This document shows positions 53,806-64,000 of a DNA stretch of 64,000 nucleotides, piece after piece (position 1 is the first letter of the stretch; each line of letters begins with the position of its first letter). The notes beneath the pieces are model-generated. The model was not told the DNA's origin, made no database searches, and saw nothing but the letters and a program-made list of their open reading frames with translations. A program made the translations under genes and the position numbers. Source of the DNA: Octopus vulgaris (Eukaryota); contig OX597815.1 in assembly GCA_951406725.2 (NCBI GenBank), positions 20,584,001-20,648,000 on the forward strand. The letters are read 5' to 3'.

Positions 53806-54020
53806 GAGGCGCAATGGCCTAGTGGTTAGGGCAGCGGACTCGCGGTCGCAGGATCGCGGTTTCGATTCTCAGACCGGGCGTTGTGTGTGTTTATTGAGCG
53901 AAAACACCTAAAAAAAAGCTCTACGAGGCTCCGCAGGGGGTGGTGATCCCTGCTGTACTCTTTCACCACAATGGCGGTGCCCCAGCATGGCCACAGCTCA
54001 AGAGCTGAAACTGGAAAAAC
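53806..54020 (+). mobile_element. SINE C head joined to a SINE A-like tail
   Basis: A box TGGCCTAGTGG and B box GGTTTCGATTC, then GGCGGTGCCCCAGCATGGCCACAG. Confidence 0.85.
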
Positions 54021-54056
54021 AAAAACAAACAAAAACATATGTATATAATGTATTAT

Positions 54057-54097
<41 letters not shown>

Positions 54098-54151
54098 CGG
54101 CAATATAACACACACACATACACACACATACACATACACACACACAAACAT

Positions 54152-54207
<56 letters not shown>

Positions 54208-54575
54208 ATATATATAATGTATGTGTGTGTGCAAACAGAGAAAGAAAGAAATAGAGGGAAGGTGTAATAGTGTTGATTATGAATATTACTAATGTGACTG
54301 AGGGATAAATATTTTGGGGGAGTGTTTTGCACATTATATACAAACATGCTCGAGTCTCACATATGTAATATAGTGAGCTGAATATCTTCGATCAGCTGAA
54401 GTTATTCAAACCATAAATAGACAATATTACCCTCCCTATGAGCAAACTCTTATATATCAGTTTGAACGTGTCTAGAACATATTTGATTTGTAAAAGGGCC
54501 GTTTCCACTGCGGTTTGTGATTGAGGAAAATTTTCGCTTTATGCCAGAAGTGTTAAAACATCAACAGTCATTTTG

Positions 54576-54591
54576 TGGCGCCCTCTGGTGG
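54576..54591 (-). promoter_or_regulatory. CTCF-binding consensus site
   Basis: Minus strand CCACCAGAGGGCGCCA matches the CTCF core CCASYAGRKGGCRS, in non-repetitive sequence. Confidence 0.55.
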
Positions 54592-55615
54592 GACGGTGGT
54601 TGCATTTCAAGCTTGTTGCGTATGATCAGCACGGTGTACAGGAAGTGAGACAACCCTGAAACAATTCAAGGAGTCCTTTCATCCCTTTGATATGGTTCGA
54701 TAAATTAAAGTACCACTCAAGTGGCTTTGCTCAACTCCCACCAAAATGTATGTCTTTAATCCTAATGTTTGTCATCGACTGGTAGAATCTTTAAAGCATA
54801 AAGCATAAAGCAACAAGCCTTACCTGCGGTTCTTTACACTCCGAGTTCAAATACTGCTGATGTCGACTATGCATTTCATTGATAAAATACGGCACTAGTC
54901 AACGACGGGTGCCTTATTTTATCATCAACTATATTATCGTCTATACCCCTCGCACCAAACTTCTAGCCTTTCCCCTATCTGGAGGCTCCCCTGTATCAGT
55001 AGGACTTCATCGTATGTCTTCACATATCTTAAATACTTTGTAAACATTTTTCTTATCTTACTCCTTCCTCTCCGTTTCTGCCTTTCATCTTTTTATGTAA
55101 CTCTGCTATAGATTGTAAACTATCCTTCTTAATGTACCTTTCGCAGGATGCCCTTGTGGCAAATAAAAATCATCGTTATTATTGTTATTATCGGGGAGGC
55201 AGTAGTAGAAATTGTACTTGCTTCTTCTTCTTCGTCCCTTTCTTCTTCCTCTTATTCTTCTTATCCTCTCCTTGTTGTCGTCGTCGTCGTCAGCCTTCTC
55301 CTTCTCCTCCCCTCCTTCTCCTTCTACTTGTATTATGAATAAATCCTCTTTTACTGACAAAGAAAAATCTACAATAAAACAAACAAATATTCAAAAACAA
55401 AGAGAGATGCGGACAAAAAAAGAAAGAAACAATCAAAATGGAAAAGAAAACCCTGACAATGTCTGGGAGTGGCAAGAGGGGACGTTACAACAGCATTTAT
55501 CAAAAAGTGGATTACATGTTAGGTATTTATTACCAGATGGAAAAGACAGTAGTTGGGATAACAGATGCAAAGAACATGAATAGGGAACAATCACTGAATA
55601 AAGCAACGATAGTCC

Positions 55616-55676
<61 letters not shown>

Positions 55677-56266
55677 TGATGATAATGACTACAAAGACGA
55701 TGGTGATGGTGATGATGATTTCATTTGACATCAAGGAGACGGATGAGGAGGACAACCACAAATAACAACAACAACATCAGCAACAACAACAAATTGGAAG
55801 ATAAAACAAAGCCAGAGAAAAATAAGACAAAGCTTTAAAGCAGTTGATCAGCAAGGAGAGGCTAATGAGATTAACAAATGAGACGAAGTTACAAAAGAAA
55901 TCATGAACTTGAAAGATTTAAAAATAGCTAAAAACATCAGTCAAAAGGACTTTAGTAAACAGAGAGAAGGTAATGGCGAATGGAGAAAGAAGAACAAAAA
56001 CAAAAAGAAAAAGAAAGGAAAAAAACCCCACGCGGATGACATACAAGACCGCATTTAGAGAAAGGTCATCAACTATTAGGTCGATAAATCCCCTTCTTTC
56101 AATTGATGCCAGCCAGATCAGTGATTTTGGTCGAGGCCTCCATCAACCTCTGTCTGCAACGAACTTTGTTGTCTTCGTGAATTGCTGCTCGTAACACGGA
56201 AAGACAGCAGAAGAGACCCGTTACACCCCATCTGTGTGTTGCTTCGCATCATTATTGCTGCTACAT

Positions 56267-56773
56267 TTCTTCTTCTTCTTCTTCGTCTTCTTCTTCTTCT
56301 TCTTCTTCTTCTTCTTCTTCTTCTTCTTCTTCTTCGTCTTCTTCTTCTTCTTGTTCTTTTTCTTCTTCTTCTTCTTCTTCGTCTTCTTCTTCTTCTTCTT
56401 CTTCTTCTTCTTCTTCTTCTTCTTCTTCTTCTTCTTCTTCCCCCTCCTCTGCCTCCTGTTCTTCGTGCACTTCTTCTTCCCCTCCTCTTCCTCCTGTTCT
56501 TGTTCTTGCTCTTCTTCTCCTCCTGTTCTTGTTCTTTCTCTTCTTCTTGTTCTTTTTTCTTCTTCTTCTTCTTCTTCTCTTCCTCCTCTTCTTCCTGTTC
56601 TTGTTCTTGCTCTTCTTCTCTTCCTCCTCTTCTTCCTGTTCTTGTTCTTGCTCTTCTTCTTCTTCTTCTTCTTCTTCTTCTTCTTCTTCTTCTTCTTCTT
56701 CTTCTTCTTCTTCTTCTCCTCCTCCTCTTCATCCTGTTCTTGTTCTTGCTCTTCTTCTTTACATCCTCCTTCT

Positions 56774-56807
<34 letters not shown>

Positions 56808-56832
56808 CCACCACCATCATCGTCATCATCAT
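56267..56832. repeat. (CTT)n/(CAT)n triplet repeat complex
   Basis: Source of the poly-R/K/E/L/F ORFs. Confidence 0.99.
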
Positions 56833-57329
56833 CTCCTCTTCCTAGTGGCTGAAAAGAGATAAGTGGAATTCAGACACGATACTAGACACAAATGCCAAAT
56901 TTTTGCAAAAGTGTGGAGTCCGCTAAACGCAGCTAAGGCCCAGCTGATACTAAACCAATAAAAAAAAAAATGAATAAATAAATAAATAGATAATAAAAAA
57001 AAGCGGATTGCAGTCCGCCATAAGTAATTTTTATAAGACATGAAGAGATTTAAGTTGTATAGATCTTCAGTGTAAGTGGCATGGGTTCATTTAATTCAGA
57101 ACTGTAATATCAATGTTTTGCCACCACGTACAAGATACCTTTTCCTCCAATATTGCACCATTACTTCCAGATTTGTCTGAGTTTTATTTTTCAGGCTCAT
57201 ATGTTCGGTCTAAGGATTCTCTACAACCCATTCGTCAATGCTCTCACGCTTTCCGTATAATTTAGTACACCTGTACAAAGGCAACCTCCTTTCAGCACCC
57301 AGTTCAGATACCATCTCGAATATCTTCTA

Positions 57330-57903
57330 CCTTTTACCGGTTTCAGTTATTAGACTGCGACCATGCTGAATCGACCCCAGTACTTATCATTTTTTAAGTC
57401 TGGTACTTGTTCTATCGGTCTCTTTTGCCGAACTGCTAAGTTACGGGGATATGAACATAACAATACCGGTTGTCAGGCGGTGGTGTGAATAACCCCCATC
57501 CCCACATACACACACGACTACCTTCTTTCAATTTTCGTCTATCAAATCCACTCACAAGGTTTTGGTCAGCCTGAGGCTATAATAGAAGACACTTAAGGCG
57601 GCGAGCTGGCAGACACGTTAGCGCACCGGGCGAAATGCTTAGCGGTATTTCGTCTGTCGTTACGTTCTGAGTTCAAATTCCGCCGAGGTTGACTTTACCT
57701 TTCATCCTTTCGGGGTCGGTAAATAAAGTACCAGTTTCGCAATGGGGTCGATGTAATCGACTTAATCCGTTTGTCTGTCCTTGTTTTCCCCCTCTATGTT
57801 TAGCTCCTTGTGGGCAATAAAGAAACATATGATAGAAGACACTTGCCCAAGGTGCCACGCAATGGTACTAGACCCGGAACCATGTGGTTGGGAAGCAAGC
57901 TTC
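57330..57903 (-). mobile_element. Older SINE A interrupted by SINE B
   Basis: SINE A sequence resumes at 57832. Confidence 0.85.
57595..57831 (+). mobile_element. SINE B, full length
   Basis: 13-bp TSD ATAGAAGACACTT at 57582 and 57832. Confidence 0.93.
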
Positions 57904-58933
57904 TTTATTTCATTACATTTGCCATAAAGGCAGTACATAGAGCAAAGTAGCTTTGCGGGATGGACAAGGACATTAATGAAATGAATGATAATGAAAGAAA
58001 TATGATAAGGATGGGAGAAGACAAAAAGCGCCCGCCGACTTCTACTTCTCTAAAACATTGTTCTTTAAAACCAAACACAAAACGAGGTATTAAACCTCTT
58101 ACAACTTTTACAACTTTTCAATTTTTGAACTTAACAGTCCATTACAAACAACAACATAGTTCAATAATTACATATAATATATATAAAACAATATACAAAT
58201 CCCTCCTCCCAGACCTGGCTTACACTGCCCTAGGTCGGGACCCTCAAGGCGTATCTAAACATGTCCTTTGAGAAGGTGTTCATTACCCTGACCCTAGCGA
58301 CATCCGATATGATCTTCGTAGTCACCTGCGAAGGCCACTCCTCGTCCCCTGTCCAGGGCATGGGCTCCTCCCTCCGGGAAGCAACCTTCTTGCTACACAA
58401 CATTTGACTATTTGCATTTCGTCTTTAACGCAAAACGCGAAGTAGCAATTGCTTGCACGTGGTCTTATCTAGTTGTGCTACTGTTTTTAGTTGCAGAAGC
58501 TATGGTATTTCCATTTCTGTCGATGCTTTGGTTATTGCTGTTCGTATCGAAGCTGCTGCTGCTACTGCTGCTGCTACTGCTGCTACTACTGCTACTACTG
58601 CTGTTGCTACAACATAGTTTGATGTCTTTCTTATCTTAGTTGTTAGTTGCTATGACACCTCCATGTCACCCTTCATCTCTGTTTTGCTAACAGAATCTGT
58701 CATGTTGATATATTTATGTATTTATTTATTTATTGTCAGCGAAGGACGAACGAAGAAAGAAAAAAAAAAAAGAAAAGAAGAAAAGGGAAGAATCTTTTAA
58801 AGGTGAAAACTGAAGACTGTCCGTCTTTCCATACTTTGGCACCTCACCTTAAAAATTAAATACAAAACTTCAGCAGCTGTCGTTTGACGTCACAAAATAT
58901 TTGGTCTAAATTTTTCAGTGCTCAAAACACGAG

Positions 58934-58976
<43 letters not shown>

Positions 58977-59215
58977 GCTCACACTGTCTGTTTGTCTGTC
59001 TGTCTTTCTCTGTCACCTTCTCTTTCTCTCGCTGTTTCTTTTAAAAAGAGAATGAGTGAATCTCCTAACAAATTCACAATGAATAGTATAAAACAATACT
59101 AAAATATAATATCAATAATAATAATAATCTTCTTTTAACAAAGGCACTAGGCCAAAAGTTTTAGGTGACAGCAATAATGATTTCTATTTGACTGGTTCAT
59201 TATTTTATCTACTCC

Positions 59216-59405
59216 AAGGTGGCGAGCTGGCAGAATCGTTAGCACACCGGGCGAAATGCTTAGCGGTATTTCGTTTGCCGTTACGTTCTGAGTTCAAATT
59301 CCGCCGAGGTCGACTTTACCTTTCATCCCTTTCGGGGTCAATTAAATAAGTACCAGTTACGTGCTGGGGTCGATGTAATCGACTTAATCCGTTTGTCTGT
59401 CCTTG
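59216..59405 (+). mobile_element. SINE B, 3'-truncated
   Basis: GGTGGCGAGCTGGCAGAATCGTTAGC...GTCTGTCCTTG. Confidence 0.9.
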
Positions 59406-59478
59406 AGGATGATGATAAATTGATAACATCTGAAAAGATACGATTCCCATAATATATGGTACTTTTGTGATTGTTACT

Positions 59479-59982
59479 GTAACCCCCTTCGGTCATGAAT
59501 GACCATGGGATTGCACCTAGAAAGTTACCCTCAGAGGCACATGTCTGGGCAAGGTTGTTTATGGAAGACCAGCAGTCACCCATGCATACCAGGCTCCTCC
59601 CTCCACACCACCAGTGTTATCCAAGGGAAAGGAGGCCGATACAGCTTGGCACCAGTGACGTCACAGCTCATTTATCAACGTACAAGTGGCTGAGCACTCC
59701 ACAGACACATGTATCCTTAACATAGTTCTCGGGGAGATTCAGCGTGACACAGAGTGTGACAAGGCTGGCCCTTTGAAATACAGGTACAACAGAAATAGGA
59801 AGAAAGAGTGAGAGAAAGTTGTGGTGAAAGAGTACAGCAGGATTCACCCCCCTTTGTCGGAGCCTCGTGGAGCTTTAGGTGTTTTTTGCTCAATAAACAT
59901 TCACAATACCCGGTCTGGGGATCGAAACTGCGATCCTACGACCGCGAGTCCGCTGCCCAAACCACAGGGCCATTGCGCCTCC
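59479..59982 (-). mobile_element. SINE C, long form with an RTE-like tail
   Basis: tRNA head at 59915-59982; tail TGCAATCCCATGGTC...ATGACCGAAG is reminiscent of RTE/BovB 3' ends. Confidence 0.8.
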
Positions 59983-60135
59983 ACAGATATGGTACTAAGA
60001 GAAAGATAAAATGAAATACAGAGAACTATATAACTAAATCCCTAAAACTTAGACATATACAGCATGCAGAAAATAGAGCGTCTCGATATTGCATAATTAT
60101 CACATAATCTACTATTATTTTTCTCGATCCTAGAA

Positions 60136-60330
60136 AAGGCGGTGAGCTGGCAGAATTGTTGGCAGGCCGGATAAAATGCTCAGCTACATTTCTCCAGGTT
60201 TTACGTTCTGCGTTCATATGTCGCTGAGATCGACTTCGCCTTTCGAGATCGATAAAATAAGCACCAATCAAGCACTGGGGTCGATGTAATCGATTTAAAT
60301 CCTCTTCCGAAATCTCAAACTTTGTGCCTA
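60136..60330 (+). mobile_element. Degenerate SINE B relative
   Basis: AAGGCGGTGAGCTGGCAGAA...GCACTGGGGTCGATGTAATCGA. Confidence 0.75.
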
Positions 60331-63300
60331 CAATATCCAATTGTCACAACAAAAATGATTTTCATCATGAGCTAAGGCTGGACAAAAGCAACAACAACTA
60401 CAAATGTAAAAGGTTTGGCTATGAAATTAATATCCACCATTGTCAGGAATACGACACAAGTAAATCCAGATATCCAGCAGTGATGATAGTAAACAATCTC
60501 TCGATAATGTATTTCTGACAGGATGGAAATGTACTTCACACAAATTTGAAATACTATTACTAAATAAGATGTCGTGCACTCAACCTGCAATGTAGACATT
60601 GTAGCTATCTCAGCCAGTGAAAGGAGTCGCAAAAACAAAGATTTAAAGCTGGAATTTAGCTCTAGCTGTATTTCTATCTGAATAATCATGGTGATTCTAC
60701 ATCCACATAACTGTCTGTTTTTATCTCCCAAACACTCCATATCTGCTATCATGGCTGTTGTAACAGAGACAAATATAAGTAAGAAAAACATCTACTTCTA
60801 TTACAATATTGCCAATCTGTGAATCTCATAGACGCACGAACCCGTTTTTATGATCATTTTATATCATATTATCATTCACAGTAACATAATATCAGCTAAT
60901 TACATTCGTTTCGTGTTTTCTATTAGAACTTACATTGTTTATATTCCAGCCTTAAATAATGTTATATTTGGAAGTTTATGTAGCATAAAATACTTATCGA
61001 TCTTTATTTTTGTTTATTTTAACTTAAATATTAAAATGCATTTCTTGTATTTAAATACATTTCTTTCTAGAAGAAACTTACGTTGGGGACATAATAGATG
61101 CAAGCAGCTTCGTACAGTTGGAAAGTTTAAACGTTTTATTATGTGCTAAGTGCTAAATGACCCCGCCCACATGTCTTTCTTCAAAGTCACGTTTCTAACT
61201 GCTTTGACGTATATTGACAAGGTGATGGCTGAGTCTCTGAAAGCATTAAACTTTTATCGCTAGCATTCTGATGTTTCGTCCCCGTAACACTTAAAAGGAT
61301 GTCGTTTGCCCTTTCTACAATTCAATTTTGGCATATGCTTCCAAATTATCAATGCTTTTTATTCACAGGACTGTCAACGGCTGGTTTGACACACTTCCAC
61401 GTCGACTCTTTAATGTATTACTTTCCACCATCTATTTCTCACAATGCTTTCTGCATCTTTGCTGCACTTGGCCTCTGGCTACTTCGACAGAACTGGTCAT
61501 TCCCGCTCATTAGATATCACACTTCTAGATTATCTCAATTCTCATCTATTTTGTTCATAATGCGAGAAATTTAACCCCGTTTATATATTTGATTAAGCAC
61601 ATCAGTGCTTAATCAAATATGTATTTTGGAGTTAACTGCGGATGCTTGTAACGAAAATAAAGTAAGTTTAACAAATTATCAATTTATTTAAACAAAATAA
61701 AACAGAATTATAAAGAAATGAATTTCAAACTTTAAAATTTACACAGAACAATTGATTTTAGTTTAATGCTATTATTTAGAAGATAATGAAATATGAAATA
61801 TTTGAATTCAAGGAAAAATATTTTAAAATATCGTTTAATTGTAAAGTTCATTACTATGATGTTAAAATAACAGTAAATAATCATACTACTACTACTACTA
61901 TTACTACTAGTACTACATGTAGAGAACTTAAATAAATATTAATGTATGGAACGAAAAAGAAATACTGGTAACTGAAAGGTTGCTATTGTGGATCAGATAT
62001 AAGATTGATGAAATGAAAACTTTAAATAAACATTTCGTGTTTGTAAATGTTCTACTTAAGATTGATCTTGGCAAATACTAAAGCAATTAATAAACGATGT
62101 ACCATAGAACTATACGAGTGGAATTGCTTTTCTCTGTTTATTTTACTATTTATTTAAAAAAAAAGAAGAAATCAGAATATAAAAAATATGCAAATTATAT
62201 ATATATACATATATATATATATATGTGTGTGTGTGCGTGTGCGTGTGTGTGTGTGCGTGTGTGTGTGCTTACATATGAGTGTATCATTTATCTATCTGCC
62301 TGTCTGTTTGTCTTCTGTTCGTCTGTCTGTCTGCCAATGTAAATATATATGTGTGTGTGCATGTAGATGTATATGCATATGTGTGTGTGCATGATGCATG
62401 TGTATACCTGTGTGTATGTGTGTGTGTGTGTGTGTGTGTGAAGGATATAATGATTTCTTTTGACTAGACAGGAGGTTAGCTTTCTTGGAGAAAGGTTGTT
62501 GAGTGAACCGATTCCAGAACTTATTTTGTTGTTCTCAACGGAAACATAAAGTGCAAAGCCGTATTGGATAAAATCAATCTAAGAAAATATTTCCTAAAAA
62601 ATATACCTCGAATGAGAATTTGTCTAATGGCTAATATGTGAAATTGTGATAATATAAAACAGTACATGCATTACCAAGAGATACTATATATGTGTTTGTG
62701 CTTATATATATGTATATAAAGAGGCATGTATGTTTGCATCGTATATATGAGCATATTTATGCCTAGTAGTGCTATTTTCTGTGTGTTATATACAGTGCCA
62801 GTGCTTATGGTATTATTTGGCATTTGCTGTGTGGTTACTATCTATGTTTTCCTGATGTATTTTTCATCTTAAGTTTTCTATTTCTATTTCTGATATTTTT
62901 TGTTTTGAGAATATATCTCCGTATGTTAGCTAATTTATTAGGGTTCATTGCTGTATCCAAATCTCTACTTAGGTTATTTTTCTTACAGATTTTATATGCA
63001 AATGATGTTGTGTTTTCGTTCTATGGGTAGAACACTGCTGCAAAATAAGCGTGTACAATTGAAATACATTCCTCCTGTGTCCATATTTGATTTTTAAAAT
63101 TTTATTTGTGGGACATGAAGAATAACCCCTGGCCCTTTATTTTTATGGTCATCATTTTTGTAGGGTACCGGTCCGTCCATTTCTGGTGTTAAATGGTTTT
63201 GCACGTATAGTATTTCGTACTTTTTGTGTAACAAATATAAAGTACGTACTTCCCGTTTGTTATCATTGGATTAAATAATACAGGTATTATTTAATTCATT

Positions 63301-63492
63301 ATTTTTCCCTTTTTTTTGTGTATGGTGGCTGGGGACGGAGACGGTCTGATGTTGATTGGACCGTTATGTAACGAGCGTGTCTAGACGTGTTGTGCGAGTG
63401 ATGGAGATGATACATGGTTAAAATACATCATTTCATTTGGAATATAGAAATAAACTTAAATGAGTATTACTTGCTCAGATATAGTCCAACAC

Positions 63493-63552
<60 letters not shown>

Positions 63553-63605
63553 CATCATCATCATCATTATCATCATCATCATTATTATTATTATTATTAT
63601 TATTT

Positions 63606-64000
63606 TTTCTTCTTCTTTCAAATTTGCTTCCATTTCTTGCCGAGCGTCTTCCCGACTCCTAGGGCAAAGAAACTCATAGTATGCATTGGTAGGCCATTAA
63701 ACCAAACTTAATAGTTCGTTCATTTTTTAATTTTTTTTATTTTTTAAGGTTAAATTAAAATACATGGGCAGTAACAGCTCTCACAGCGACAATGCTCTTC
63801 TCAATACGTGTGATGTACCAGTTAAGACAATCTTTTGCACTTCTTGAAGGGATGGTAAGCCAGGGATCATTCTCATATAATTTTCGGATCCCTTCTTGAT
63901 CATTCCTAGTGCTCCTACGATCACTGGTATTGTAACCGCCTTGAGATGCCACATTTTCTCAATTTCAATGAGCAGGTCTTTATATTTTCTGAGCTTGTCA
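63606..64000 (-). mobile_element. R4/Dong-like non-LTR retrotransposon 3' end (restriction-like endonuclease)
   Basis: Minus frame DKLRKYKDLLIEIEKMWHLKAVTIPVIVGALGMIKKG...LQEVQKIVLTGTSHVLRRALSL* (stop at 63781-63783). The 3' UTR runs into an (AAT)n array. Confidence 0.88.

Noticed and set aside
53806-53880. tRNA gene
   Set aside because: A and B boxes are present, but it continues into a SINE body seen in other copies.
58200-58390. GC-rich fragment reading KVASRREEPMPW...FRYALRVPT* on the minus strand
   Set aside because: Probably a retroelement 3' fragment, but no diagnostic motif was recognised.
60372-60791. 139-aa ORF with a hydrophobic, signal-peptide-like N-terminus
   Set aside because: No recognisable family or convincing splice sites. 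Hydrophobicity follows from T-rich codons, and the opposite strand may be a decayed pogo-like transposase.

Overview
AT-rich, repeat-saturated eukaryotic non-coding DNA (intron or intergenic). The SINE families look like those I recall from octopus; this is recognition, not a database check. No intact host protein-coding gene is supportable, and almost all listed ORFs are translations of microsatellites or SINEs. The window holds about 25 copies of three tRNA-derived SINE families (called A, B and C here), two mariner remnants, a Tc/mariner-related N-terminal fragment, three MITEs (pogo/Tc2-like, piggyBac-like, Merlin/hAT-like), two decayed Penelope-like RT/GIY-YIG elements plus several Penelope-like termini, an R4/Dong-like LINE 3' end and many microsatellites. 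The most notable signal is structured RNA. There are several hammerhead-ribozyme (HHR) folds: one canonical at 25618-25706 (-), a CCGACGA core variant at 25357-25443 (+), and minimal variants at 13408, 14372 and 40202. A TG..CA solo-LTR-like element (13613-14240) carries a 338-bp imperfect fold-back whose left arm encodes a complete HHR fold on the minus strand. A near-consensus CTCF site lies at 54576-54591. All structures were folded by eye and none is experimentally verified.
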